A stretch of 32,000 nucleotides of DNA, taken from Ruminococcus albus 7 = DSM 20455 (GTDB taxonomy: Bacteria > Bacillota > Clostridia > Oscillospirales > Ruminococcaceae). Numbering within the stretch: the stretch's first letter is position 1; each line of letters opens with the position of its first letter. The position numbers and the translations under genes are program-made. A model generated the notes under the pieces. That model made no database searches. It saw only the letters and a list, made by a program, of their open reading frames with translations, and was not told the origin of the DNA. Below, in pieces: positions 7,757-18,699 of this stretch. The stretch is taken from assembly GCF_000179635.2 (NCBI RefSeq), contig NC_014833.1, positions 1,980,001 through 2,012,000 of the forward strand, given 5' to 3'.

Positions 7757-8260
7757 ATGTCTTTTATAAGATCTCTTGTGTTGACAGCCTGTATGATGGG
7801 TATCGTCAGCTCCGTTTTAAATATGATATCACCTGTTGGCAAGATGAAAAAACATCTTGTCTCACTGATCGGTATAGCTGTTCTAGTGTCAATTATAAGC
7901 GGTTTTTCAACGGACGGGTTCAGGCTGACACTCCGAGAGATAGATTTATCGTCTGAAATAGATCATAAGATCAATAATACGTCATCTGATGTATCTGAGA
8001 TCTTTCTTGAAGAAGCAGAGGATCGGTTTGATGAATATTTCATTGATCTGCTGAATAAAAATGATATAAGCGGAGCAAAGGTCAATACTAATCTTCAGCT
8101 TAACGATGAAAATGAACTGGATATAGTTGAGGTCATGGTTGCTGTTGCAGACATATCACAGGTATCTCATGCAGAAAAGATAATTTCAGATGAGATCGGC
8201 GGAGAATACGTGAGAGTAGGGCTGATAGAGGATAATGAAGCTTCAATGGTTGGCGAATAA
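7757..8260 (+). CDS. spoIIIAF: Stage III sporulation protein AF
   Basis: 167 aa with two N-terminal TM helices followed by an acidic soluble domain. Called mainly from its position between AE and AG. Confidence 0.75.
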   Translation: MSFIRSLVLTACMMGIVSSVLNMISPVGKMKKHLVSLIGIAVLVSIISGFSTDGFRLTLREIDLSSEIDHKINNTSSDVSEIFLEEAEDRFDEYFIDLLNKNDISGAKVNTNLQLNDENELDIVEVMVAVADISQVSHAEKIISDEIGGEYVRVGLIEDNEASMVGE

Positions 8261-8777
8261 GTTTAAAACCGATAACGGAAGGATCAAAGCAGCTGTTATC
8301 ATCGGAGCAGCAGGAATGCTAATGATAATGCTGTCAGAGCTTATTCCCGAAAACAACGATGAAAGTCAAGACAAAGATATCACGATCATTAAAAGTGATG
8401 AGAATGATGATTTCCGAAAACAGACTGAAAGAGAGCTAAAAAAGCTTCTTGAACAGATAGACGGAGTAGGAAAGTGTGTAGTGATGATATCGCTTGAAAG
8501 CAGTACAGAATACATATATGCTGAAAATATCAGCAGATCATCTGATGTTAATGCAGACAGACGAAATGAAAAAACAGACGAGGAAATCGTCATTACCGAG
8601 TGCAACGGTGAAAGAAAGCCGCTTGTTAGAAAGATCATTGATCCTCAGATAGGCGGAGTGGTTATAGTATGTGAGGGAGGAGGGGACATCAGTATCAATG
8701 AAAGGGTCCAGAAAACTGTTTCGACCGCCCTGAATATATCGTCTACAAGGGTTTGTGTTGAAGCTGGATGCAGATAA
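8235..8777 (+). CDS. spoIIIAG: Stage III sporulation protein AG
   Basis: 180 aa with an N-terminal TM helix, an acidic linker and a C-terminal ring-forming domain carrying IGGVVIVCEGGGD (SpoIIIAG-type VVAEGA motif). Confidence 0.85.
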   Translation: MKLQWLANKFKTDNGRIKAAVIIGAAGMLMIMLSELIPENNDESQDKDITIIKSDENDDFRKQTERELKKLLEQIDGVGKCVVMISLESSTEYIYAENISRSSDVNADRRNEKTDEEIVITECNGERKPLVRKIIDPQIGGVVIVCEGGGDISINERVQKTVSTALNISSTRVCVEAGCR

Positions 8778-8796
8778 ACGGAAAGAGGTAAGATCT

Positions 8797-9342
8797 ATGA
8801 AAAAACCAAGTTTTATTATAGGCAAAAAACAGATAGTATTAGCAGGCATGACACTTATGCTCGGCATAGCTGTATATGCAAACTATGCAGTTACTTCATC
8901 GGGCGGTGAGATCAAGGTTACTGACAAGATACAAAAGCCTACTGTAGAGTATGGTGAAGCGGAACTTGTAAGTGCGGACAAGAATACCGAGGATTATTTT
9001 GCCAGAGCAAGGTTAGATCGAATGAATGCCCGCGATGAGGCAAAAGAAACCCTTAAAACTATTATTAACGGTGGTGATGCCACTGAGGAGGAAAAAGACG
9101 TTGCAGCTAAAGAAGCTGCTGCTATGACCGGTCTTATGGAATCAGAAAGCAAGATAGAATCACTTGTAAAGGCAGCAGGTTTTACGGATTGTGTGTGCTA
9201 TCTTGACGGAGATAATGCTAATATAGTTGTTAAAGCAGGCGATGAAGGTCTGATAGCGAGCGAAGCGGCTGCCATAAAAGACATTCTTCTGAGCGAAGTT
9301 TCCATTCCCAATGAGAATATCCGTATATTCGATGTAACCTGA
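8797..9342 (+). CDS. spoIIIAH: Stage III sporulation protein AH
   Basis: Start refined to ATG 8797 (AAAGAGG upstream). N-terminal TM helix, and a C-terminal YscJ/FliF-like segment VKAAGFTDCVCYLDGDNANIVVKA. It is the last gene of the operon. Confidence 0.85.
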   Translation: MKKPSFIIGKKQIVLAGMTLMLGIAVYANYAVTSSGGEIKVTDKIQKPTVEYGEAELVSADKNTEDYFARARLDRMNARDEAKETLKTIINGGDATEEEKDVAAKEAAAMTGLMESESKIESLVKAAGFTDCVCYLDGDNANIVVKAGDEGLIASEAAAIKDILLSEVSIPNENIRIFDVT

Positions 9343-9367
9343 TATTTAAATGTATTATGCTGAGATG

Positions 9368-9397
9368 TACCCGTACTATATTATAAAAGTGCGGGTA
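9368..9397 (+). terminator. Weak candidate terminator after spoIIIAH
   Basis: TACCCGTAC (9368..9376) pairs with GTGCGGGTA (9389..9397) using one G-U pair. Only a T-rich tail (TATTTAT) follows. Confidence 0.35.
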
Positions 9398-9409
9398 TAT
9401 TTATGATAA

Positions 9410-11479
<2,070 letters not shown>

Positions 11480-11510
11480 AGCATCACATACTGATATTCT
11501 CAGATAAAAT

Positions 11511-11538
11511 GGCCCCCGTACTTTTTTGTACGGGGGCC
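11511..11538. terminator. GC-rich hairpin between convergent ligA and the DUF815 ATPase gene (probable bidirectional terminator)
   Basis: GGCCCCCGTAC, TTTTTT loop, GTACGGGGGCC: a perfect 11-bp stem. The only T-run is in the loop, so efficiency is uncertain. Confidence 0.5.
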
Positions 11539-11544
11539 TGATCA

Positions 11545-12753
11545 TTATTCGGTACCTTTGATGTATTCAATGAACTGTTTTGCAACACGCGGCGAACGTC
11601 CGCCTTTTGAAAGTGCAAATCCTTCCGCTTTTATCTCCAGTTCTGCACGGTCGGTCTTAATCTCGTATTCATCAGCCATTTTGTTTATAAGATCGAGGAA
11701 TAGTTTTTTATCAGGCTTCTGGAATGTAACAGTAAGTCCGAAGCGGTCAGATAGCGAAAGAAGTTCCTGCATGGTATCCTTGAAATGTATCTCATCGCCT
11801 TTTCGTGCCGTGAAAGTTTCACGTACCAGATGACGGCGGTTAGATGTGGCATAGATCACCAGATTTGAAGCCGTAGAAGCTACACTGCCTTCGAGAATAG
11901 CTTTCAGTGCGGCGTAGTCGTTGTCGTCCTCGGTGAAGGACAGATCATCGATGAAGATAATGAATTTCAGCGGATTCTTACTAATTTTTTCGACGATGTT
12001 CGGTATCTCATGCAGTTGTTTCTTTTTCAGCTCGATAAGCCTGAGACCTTCACAAGCATACTCGTTTGCGATAGCTTTAACAGTCGAGGATTTGCCTGTG
12101 CCACAGTCGCCGTAAAGCAGAACATTATTGGCAGGTTTGCCTGCAAGCAGTGCCTTAGTGTTTGCTATGACCTGTGATCTTTCATTTTCATAATCATGGA
12201 GCTGTGACAGTCTTATTGGATCGGCGTGCTCAACATGGGTCATAATTCCTTCCTTGATGATAAAGATATTGTGCTTTGAATAAATGCCATATCCTATCTT
12301 CTTTATATCATGAACTCTCTGTGCATATATCTGCGAGAAATCCCGTGGGCTTATTTTGTACTCAGGCAGAAATCCGTCATAATTGATCTTCGATATGAAT
12401 TCGCTGCTGGGGATAGTTGCCAATTCTTCAAGAAAAGCCAGTTCATTTGCAAGACAGTTGTCAAGCATCGTACCGGTTTCAAGATCTTGGCCTTTTTTGA
12501 GTATAAAAATATTATCATCCTCAAGAACTATTTTCATCATGTATTCTGTGAGATCATCTCCGTAATTATACAGTTCGGAACACATATCGCAGTAGAATTG
12601 TATGGAGTCCCCGGTATTATTCTCCTGTATTGACTGTATTGTCTGTATCATATTTAAGATCACAGGATCGTTTTTCCTTAGTTCTCTGAATATTACAAGA
12701 CTCCTTATCTGTTTTAATATTTGCTTGAAGTCATTCATTTTATTTTCCTCCAT
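11545..12753 (-). CDS. ATP-binding protein, DUF815-type AAA-family ATPase
   Basis: 402 aa. Walker A LLYGDCGTGKSSTVKAIANEY and Walker B FIIFIDDLSF. The length and motif spacing are typical of the DUF815 family. Confidence 0.8.
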   Translation of the reverse strand: MEENKMNDFKQILKQIRSLVIFRELRKNDPVILNMIQTIQSIQENNTGDSIQFYCDMCSELYNYGDDLTEYMMKIVLEDDNIFILKKGQDLETGTMLDNCLANELAFLEELATIPSSEFISKINYDGFLPEYKISPRDFSQIYAQRVHDIKKIGYGIYSKHNIFIIKEGIMTHVEHADPIRLSQLHDYENERSQVIANTKALLAGKPANNVLLYGDCGTGKSSTVKAIANEYACEGLRLIELKKKQLHEIPNIVEKISKNPLKFIIFIDDLSFTEDDNDYAALKAILEGSVASTASNLVIYATSNRRHLVRETFTARKGDEIHFKDTMQELLSLSDRFGLTVTFQKPDKKLFLDLINKMADEYEIKTDRAELEIKAEGFALSKGGRSPRVAKQFIEYIKGTE

Positions 12754-12904
12754 TTTATCTTAAACAGTATCTTGAACGGAACAGTCCGTTTTATTTTGCT
12801 AGTATTTTATCCTGCCGATGCACTGCATCAGACAGCAAGCCGGCAGTTTTGAACGATATGTATAGGCTCCCGTTCTCAGTGATATTCTTTCAGACAGCGT
12901 TTTA

Positions 12905-13276
12905 TCACCAGAACAGTCCGTTTTTTATCTCAGCTATCTTATAGCCGCTTTTTTGCAGAAGTTCATACCCGTTCACCGTACAGGTCTTTCGGCTGACAAA
13001 AGCGCCATCGCCCAACAGTGAAAGCACCAAAGCCGCGCCGCTTGGTCTGTCAGTCATAAAGCTGACACTCTCGCCGTCTTTCACTGCCCTTATTACTTCG
13101 GGAAAGATGTCTTCTTCGTCATCGCCTCCACGCGGAAAATACACCTTGACAATAGCAGTTTTATCCTTTTCTGGCGATAATTTCACATTTATCCCGCCAT
13201 TAAAGCATATAAGGCAGACATACCTTGCACCGCCGACAGTCAGCACGCGGGTCTTTTTCTTCAAAGTACCACCCAC
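12905..13276 (-). CDS. Hypothetical protein
   Basis: 123-aa ORF with no recognisable motifs. The start is ambiguous: GTG 13276, or TTG 13264, which forms a TTGA overlap with the upstream stop. Confidence 0.45.
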   Translation of the reverse strand: MGGTLKKKTRVLTVGGARYVCLICFNGGINVKLSPEKDKTAIVKVYFPRGGDDEEDIFPEVIRAVKDGESVSFMTDRPSGAALVLSLLGDGAFVSRKTCTVNGYELLQKSGYKIAEIKNGLFW

Positions 13277-13536
13277 TTCTCACCGACCGCCGATCTTTCA
13301 GCCGACTGCCCGTCTCCAAGCTCCGCCGTTTCACCGACGGTATTATCCAGCTTATAGATATATTGGAGCGATACCAGCCTTGCATCTTCATTACTGTGAT
13401 GACCGCCGCATAAAAATTGCCAATATCCGTCATCATCGTGAGAAACATAAAGCACGGGCTCACCCTCATCAGTAATATGGCAGCAGGTAAAAACTGCCAC
13501 ATCGGGGGAGTCAGCAAAAGGAAAAGTGTTTTTCAC
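13261..13536 (-). CDS. DUF2185-like (Imm33-like) small protein
   Basis: VFTCCHITDEGEPVLYVSHDDDGYWQFLCGGHHSNEDARLVSLQYIYKLD recalls the DUF2185 pattern (D.GWqFlcG...e.a.ivsl). The likely start is GTG 13536, 6 nt after GAGGTGA; the track starts at GTG 13545. Confidence 0.55.
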   Translation of the reverse strand: MKNTFPFADSPDVAVFTCCHITDEGEPVLYVSHDDDGYWQFLCGGHHSNEDARLVSLQYIYKLDNTVGETAELGDGQSAERSAVGEKWVVL

Positions 13537-13564
13537 TTTTTTCACCTCGCTTAAATACTTTTAT

Positions 13565-13593
13565 ATTATATAACATTTTCACTTATAAGTCAA
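13565..13593 (-). promoter_or_regulatory. Sigma-A-type promoter of the DUF2185-like bicistron
   Basis: Minus strand TTGACT (13593..13588), 17 nt, TATAAT (13570..13565). Confidence 0.55.
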
Positions 13594-13611
13594 TGTTTAA
13601 TAATTAAGTCA

Positions 13612-13641
13612 TTGACAAGCACCCCCAAGATGTAGTATAAT
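13612..13641 (+). promoter_or_regulatory. Sigma-A-type promoter of purL
   Basis: TTGACA (13612..13617), 18 nt, TATAAT (13636..13641). Confidence 0.55.
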
Positions 13642-13705
13642 ATAACATATATCGATACATTCTGTATCAGGGATAAGTAAAATAATCTGTAAAGGAGCTG
13701 CTGAT

Positions 13706-16700
13706 ATGTCAGTATACAGAATTTATGTAGAAAAAAAGCCGGAATTTGCAGTAGAGGCTGATTCGCTGCTGGGCGGTATCAAATCTGCATTGGGTCTAGA
13801 GAACCTCAAGGGTATGCGTGTTATAAACCGCTACGATGCAGAAGGTCTGCCTGTAAAGGATTTTGAACTCGCTATACCTGTGGTATTTTCCGAGCCTGCG
13901 GTCGATGTAACATACGATCATCTCCCCGCTGTCGGCGAGGACGAACAGATATTTGCAGTTGAATATCTTCCCGGTCAGTTCGATCAGAGAGCCGATTCCT
14001 GCGCGCAGTGTATCTCGCTGCTGACAGCAGGCAAGCGTCCTGTTATCAAGTCTGCACGTATTTACATTGTAAGCGGCAGTCTTTCCGATGAGGAACTTGC
14101 TCAGATCAAGCACTACATCATAAACCCAGTTGAGTCGAGAGAGGCTTCTCTTGATGAATTTGAGACACTGGATATCAAGTATGATATCCCCACAGAAGTT
14201 TCAACTGTTGAGGGCTTTATTGATTCATCCGAGGACGATCTCAAGGCAATGCTCAGCGATCTTGGCCTTGCTATGGATCTTGATGATATCAAGTTCTGCC
14301 GTAAGTATTTCAAGGAGCAGGAGAAGCGTGATCCTACTATCACCGAGATCAGAATGATCGATACATATTGGTCGGATCACTGCCGTCACACAACATTCTC
14401 AACTATTGTTGATAATGTTTCTATTGAGCCCGACTATATCGCAGCTACCTTTACCGATTATATAAATGCCAGAAAAGACCTCTACGCAGGCAGAACAGAC
14501 AAGCCCATAACCCTTATGGATCTGGCTTGTTTCGGTGCTAAGCAGCTCAAGAAGGCAGGTCTGCTGAAAGATCTGGATGAGAGTGAAGAGATCAATGCTT
14601 GTTCCGTAAAGATCAAGGTCGATGTTGACGGTGTTGATGAGGACTGGCTGTTGATGTTCAAGAACGAGACGCACAACCATCCCACTGAGATCGAGCCTTT
14701 CGGCGGTGCAGCTACTTGTCTCGGCGGTGCTATCAGAGATCCGCTGTCAGGACGTTCGTATGTATATCAGGCAATGCGTGTAACAGGTGCAGGTAATCCA
14801 CTTGTTCCCGTTGAAGACACTATCGCAGGTAAGCTTCCTCAGAGAAAGCTTGTAGTTGGTGCTGCTAACGGTTATTCTTCCTATGGTAACCAGATCGGTC
14901 TTGCTACTGGTCACGTAAATGAGATATATCACCCCGGATACGTTGCAAAGCGTATGGAGATAGGTGCTGTTATCGGCGCTGCTCCAGCTTCCAATGTAAG
15001 GCGTGAAAGACCTGCTCCGGAGGATATCGTTATCCTGCTGGGTGGTAAGACCGGACGTGACGGCTGCGGCGGTGCAACAGGTTCATCAAAGTCCCATACA
15101 CTGCATTCTCTTGAGACCTGCGGTGCTGAAGTTCAGAAGGGTAATGCTCCCGAAGAAAGAAAGCTCCAGAGACTGTTCAGAAATCCTGAAGTTACTGCTA
15201 TGATCAAGCGCTGCAACGACTTCGGTGCAGGCGGTGTATCCGTTGCTATCGGTGAGCTCGCTGACGGTCTTCAGATAAATCTTGATCTTGTTACAAAGAA
15301 ATATGACGGCCTTGACGGTACAGAACTTGCTATCTCCGAATCTCAGGAGAGAATGGCTGTTGTTATCGCCAAGGAAGACCTTGAAAAGTTCATGGCTGAG
15401 GCTGCTAAGGAAAATCTTGAAGCTACTATGGTAGCGAGGGTTACTGAAGAGCCCAGACTGAGAATGAACTGGAACGGTAAGACAATAGTTGATCTTTCCA
15501 GAGAGTTCCTTAACTCCAACGGCGCAGAAAAGCACACTGATATCGAAGTGCCTACTCCTGTATTTGCAAATGATGATGGCGGTGCAGACACGGCTGACCG
15601 TTGGGAAGCTATGATCTCTAACCTTAATATCTGCTCTCAGAAGGGTCTTGTAGAACGTTTTGACTCCACTATCGGTGCAGGTACTGTACTTATGCCTTAC
15701 GGCGGTAAGTATCAGAACACTCCTACTCAGGCTATGGCTTGCAAGCTCCCAGTACTTAATGGTGAAACTACCACAGCTTCTGTAATGGGCTGGGGCTTTA
15801 ATCCTTTCCTGTCCAGTGTAAGCCCTTACCACGGTGCAATGTCCGCAGTTGTTGAATCAATATCCAAGGTTATCGCGACCGGTGGTTCTTACAAGCATTG
15901 TTGGCTGACATTCCAGGAGTATTTCGAGAGAACTCAGAATGATCCTTCAAGATGGGGACAGCCTTTCTCCGCACTGCTTGGCGCTTATAAAGCTCAGATA
16001 GAACTGGGCTGCGGCTCTATCGGCGGTAAGGACTCAATGTCGGGTACTTTTGAGAATATCGACGTTCCTCCTACTCTTGTATCTTTTGCAGTTTCCACTG
16101 CTAAGACTGATAAAGTCATCTCACAGGAGTTTAAAAAGGCAGGCTCCAAGGTAATACTCATCAAGCCTGAATATGATGCAAATAATCTCGTTAACTTCGA
16201 CAGCCTGAAAAAGGTATTCGAGAAGGTCGAGAAGCTTATAGCTGACGGCAAGGTACTGTCCTGCTGGTCTGTAGCTTACGGCGGCGTTTCCGAGGCTGTT
16301 GCTAAGATGGCATTCGGAAATAAGATCGGTTTCAAGTTTATCGGTAAGGTAACTCCTGCTGAACTCTTCCGTGCTTGCTACGGCAGCTTCGTTATCGAAC
16401 TCGCTGACGGCGTTGATGCTGATGAAAGGATCATCGGTATCACAACAAATGATTATATCATCGAAAACAACGACTATACTGTTGACCTGAATAAACTTCA
16501 GGCACTGTGGGAAGGCAAGTTGGAACCCGTTTACCCCGTTCACGTAAGCGAGCCAGCTGAAAAGCCCAATAAGTATACCTTCAAGGCAGAGGAGAGAAAA
16601 GCTCCGGCTATAAAGGTAGCTAAGCCTAAGGTGCTTATACCTGTATTCCCCGGTACCAACTGCGAATACGATACGGCAAGACAGTTTGAGAAGGCCGGTG

Positions 16701-17419
16701 CTGAGGCTGAGATATTCGTGGTAAGGAATCTATCCGAGCAGGCAATCAAGGAATCTGTTGATGCTATGGAAAAGAAGATCAAGCAGTCACAGATTGTTAT
16801 GCTGCCCGGCGGTTTCAGCGGCGGTGATGAGCCTGACGGAAGCGGTAAGTTTATCGTATCATTCCTGCGCAATCCCAAGCTGACAGATGCTATCCATGAT
16901 CTTCTTAAAAATCGCGATGGTCTGATGCTTGGTATCTGCAACGGTTTCCAGGCTCTGGTAAAACTGGGTCTTGTACCTTATGGTGAGATCGTTGATATGC
17001 GTGATGATTCACCCACACTGACATTCAACACTATCGCAAGACATCAGTCCAAGATGGTAAATACACGTATCGCTTCTAACAAGTCGCCTTGGCTGGCAGC
17101 TTGCGAAGTAGATGATATCCACAGTATAGCTATCTCTCACGGTGAGGGAAGATTCGTGGCTACTGCTGAGGAGATCGCCAAGCTTGCAGCTAACGGTCAG
17201 ATCGCAACACAGTACGTTGACTTCGACGGCGAACCCACATTTGATATCCACTGCAACCCCAACACATCATTCGATGCTATCGAGGGTATCACTTCGCCCG
17301 ACGGCAGAGTGCTGGGTAAGATGGGTCACTCCGAAAGAATGGGCAACGGTGTATGCATCAACGTTCCCGGTGCAAAGGATCAGAAGATCTTTGAGAGCGG
17401 CGTAAAGTATTTCAAATAA
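13706..17419 (+). CDS. purL: Phosphoribosylformylglycinamidine synthase, single-chain (synthetase plus glutaminase)
   Basis: 1237 aa. FGAM synthetase motifs (NETHNHPTEIEPFGGAATCLGGAIRD; GGKDSMSG) and a C-terminal class-I amidotransferase domain (GICNGFQAL with the nucleophile Cys; ISHGEGRF). Confidence 0.97.
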   Translation: MSVYRIYVEKKPEFAVEADSLLGGIKSALGLENLKGMRVINRYDAEGLPVKDFELAIPVVFSEPAVDVTYDHLPAVGEDEQIFAVEYLPGQFDQRADSCAQCISLLTAGKRPVIKSARIYIVSGSLSDEELAQIKHYIINPVESREASLDEFETLDIKYDIPTEVSTVEGFIDSSEDDLKAMLSDLGLAMDLDDIKFCRKYFKEQEKRDPTITEIRMIDTYWSDHCRHTTFSTIVDNVSIEPDYIAATFTDYINARKDLYAGRTDKPITLMDLACFGAKQLKKAGLLKDLDESEEINACSVKIKVDVDGVDEDWLLMFKNETHNHPTEIEPFGGAATCLGGAIRDPLSGRSYVYQAMRVTGAGNPLVPVEDTIAGKLPQRKLVVGAANGYSSYGNQIGLATGHVNEIYHPGYVAKRMEIGAVIGAAPASNVRRERPAPEDIVILLGGKTGRDGCGGATGSSKSHTLHSLETCGAEVQKGNAPEERKLQRLFRNPEVTAMIKRCNDFGAGGVSVAIGELADGLQINLDLVTKKYDGLDGTELAISESQERMAVVIAKEDLEKFMAEAAKENLEATMVARVTEEPRLRMNWNGKTIVDLSREFLNSNGAEKHTDIEVPTPVFANDDGGADTADRWEAMISNLNICSQKGLVERFDSTIGAGTVLMPYGGKYQNTPTQAMACKLPVLNGETTTASVMGWGFNPFLSSVSPYHGAMSAVVESISKVIATGGSYKHCWLTFQEYFERTQNDPSRWGQPFSALLGAYKAQIELGCGSIGGKDSMSGTFENIDVPPTLVSFAVSTAKTDKVISQEFKKAGSKVILIKPEYDANNLVNFDSLKKVFEKVEKLIADGKVLSCWSVAYGGVSEAVAKMAFGNKIGFKFIGKVTPAELFRACYGSFVIELADGVDADERIIGITTNDYIIENNDYTVDLNKLQALWEGKLEPVYPVHVSEPAEKPNKYTFKAEERKAPAIKVAKPKVLIPVFPGTNCEYDTARQFEKAGAEAEIFVVRNLSEQAIKESVDAMEKKIKQSQIVMLPGGFSGGDEPDGSGKFIVSFLRNPKLTDAIHDLLKNRDGLMLGICNGFQALVKLGLVPYGEIVDMRDDSPTLTFNTIARHQSKMVNTRIASNKSPWLAACEVDDIHSIAISHGEGRFVATAEEIAKLAANGQIATQYVDFDGEPTFDIHCNPNTSFDAIEGITSPDGRVLGKMGHSERMGNGVCINVPGAKDQKIFESGVKYFK

Positions 17420-17431
17420 TCTGATATCCTG

Positions 17432-17464
17432 ACAATCGTCCGTGAAAGCGGACGATTGTTTTTT
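17432..17464 (+). terminator. Rho-independent terminator after purL
   Basis: ACAATCGTCCG (17432..17442) pairs with CGGACGATTGT (17449..17459), followed by TTTTT. Confidence 0.8.
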
Positions 17465-17471
17465 GCGTTGA

Positions 17472-17500
17472 TTGACTTTCAGTTCCAGTTATGTTATAAT
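17472..17500 (+). promoter_or_regulatory. Sigma-A-type promoter of the S66 peptidase gene
   Basis: TTGACT (17472..17477), 17 nt, TATAAT (17495..17500), with TG at the extended -10 position. Confidence 0.6.
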
Positions 17501-17525
17501 TGTCCACATGAAAGGAGCGATAAAA

Positions 17526-18578
17526 ATGTTAATACCTTCAAGACTTAAAAAGGGGAGTAAGATTGCGATCGTTTCGCTTTCATGGGGAATACTCGGTGAT
17601 CCGAGCAGTTCTTTCTGTATTGATCTCGGAGTAAAACGCATGAAAGAAATGGGGTTGGAACCTGTTTTCATGCCCAACGCGCTTAAAGGTGAAAAGTTTA
17701 TCCAAGATAATCCCGATGCCCGCGCATCCGATCTGAAAGCTGCTTTTGCGGATAAAAATATTGACGGTATATTCTGTGCAATCGGCGGTAATGACACTTT
17801 CAGGACGCTGCCGTTCCTCATAGATGACCCTGAGTTTGTAAAACTTGTTCATGAACATCCAAAGGTTTTCATGGGTTATTCAGATACAACGGTTAACCAC
17901 CTGATGTTTTACAAACTTGGCTTACAGACTTACTACGGCCCTTCTTTTCTTGATAATTTTGCAGATTATGGAAAGGATATGTTGGAGTATACTAAAGAGT
18001 CGGTAAAAACTCTTTTTTATGGTCATACTTTATCCGAGATACATCCTGCACCGTTATGGTTTGAAAACAGGAAAGACTTTTCCGAAAGTCAGCTTGGTGT
18101 GCCGCGCATATCACATAAAGAAGAGCACGGATTTGAACTTTTGCAGGGTGATGAAGGATTTTCAGGTGAACTCATCGGAGGCTGCCTTGAAAGCATCAGT
18201 GATCTGCTGACAGGTGACTGTCATTCCGAAGAGAAAGTTATATGTGATAGATATGGCATTTTCCCGGAAAAGGATGAATTACATGGCAAAGTGCTGTTCA
18301 TTGAGACCTGTGAGGAATGTCCATCGCCTGAGAAGTTTGCTTATGAACTCGAACAATTGAAAAAGCGAGGCGTTTTTGAAGCAGTAAATGGTGTCATAGT
18401 GGGTAAGCCTTATGACGAGATATACTATGAAGAATATAAGCCTGTGCTTAAAAGGGTCATTGATGACCCTGCACTTCCTATACTCTATAACGTTAATTTT
18501 GGTCATTCGCATCCCAAGACCATACTGCCATATGGTGCCGGTGTAATATGTCTCAGGGGCAGGATCGTTTTCACTTGA
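17526..18578 (+). CDS. S66-family LD-carboxypeptidase (MccF/LdcA-like)
   Basis: Start refined to ATG 17526 (AAAGGAG upstream). GSKIAIVSLSWG, the nucleophile motif MGYSDTT and the C-terminal NFGHSHP are typical of the Ser-His-Glu S66 peptidases. Confidence 0.85.
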   Translation: MLIPSRLKKGSKIAIVSLSWGILGDPSSSFCIDLGVKRMKEMGLEPVFMPNALKGEKFIQDNPDARASDLKAAFADKNIDGIFCAIGGNDTFRTLPFLIDDPEFVKLVHEHPKVFMGYSDTTVNHLMFYKLGLQTYYGPSFLDNFADYGKDMLEYTKESVKTLFYGHTLSEIHPAPLWFENRKDFSESQLGVPRISHKEEHGFELLQGDEGFSGELIGGCLESISDLLTGDCHSEEKVICDRYGIFPEKDELHGKVLFIETCEECPSPEKFAYELEQLKKRGVFEAVNGVIVGKPYDEIYYEEYKPVLKRVIDDPALPILYNVNFGHSHPKTILPYGAGVICLRGRIVFT

Positions 18579-18611
18579 AAACTGTGTTATATACTTTTGT
18601 TTGTTGGTGTC

Positions 18612-18640
18612 TTTACTTTTTTGAGTATATATGATATAAT
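18612..18640 (+). promoter_or_regulatory. Candidate promoter upstream of the 124-aa hypothetical gene
   Basis: TTTACT, 17 nt, TATAAT (18635..18640), with extended -10 TG (18632..18633). Confidence 0.4.
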
Positions 18641-18642
18641 TA

Positions 18643-18671
18643 AGACAGTACTGTTAAGAGCAGTACTGTCT
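18643..18671 (+). terminator. Perfect 11-bp hairpin (terminator of the S66 gene, or a 5-prime leader structure)
   Basis: AGACAGTACTG (18643..18653) pairs with CAGTACTGTCT (18661..18671). It is followed by TTAATCTTTATT, a broken T-tract. Confidence 0.45.
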
Positions 18672-18699
18672 TTAATCTTTATTATGTCGGTGATAGAAA

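Noticed and set aside
6739-7956. 207-aa antisense ORF (6739..7362) and 213-aa alternative-frame ORF (7315..7956) over spoIIIAE/AF
   Set aside because: These are shadow frames of well-supported sporulation genes. The 213-aa product is Cys/Arg/Tyr-rich and looks like nonsense.
13107-13517. Plus-strand 122-aa ORF and minus-strand 105-aa ORF overlapping the DUF2185-like gene
   Set aside because: The 13261..13536 frame has a family-like motif, an RBS and a promoter. The competing frames have none and are rich in Pro/Arg/Ser.
13642-13705. Possible purine riboswitch or PurR box in the purL leader
   Set aside because: The leader is only about 60 nt and lacks the conserved purine-riboswitch core. 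Only a short palindrome (GATACA-TTC-TGTATC, 13652..13666) is present, which is too little to call.
15086-15832. 248-aa ORF antisense to purL, plus several shorter antisense ORFs between 13796 and 17251
   Set aside because: It lies entirely inside a strongly supported, motif-rich 1237-aa gene, has no RBS, and its composition is that of a shadow frame.
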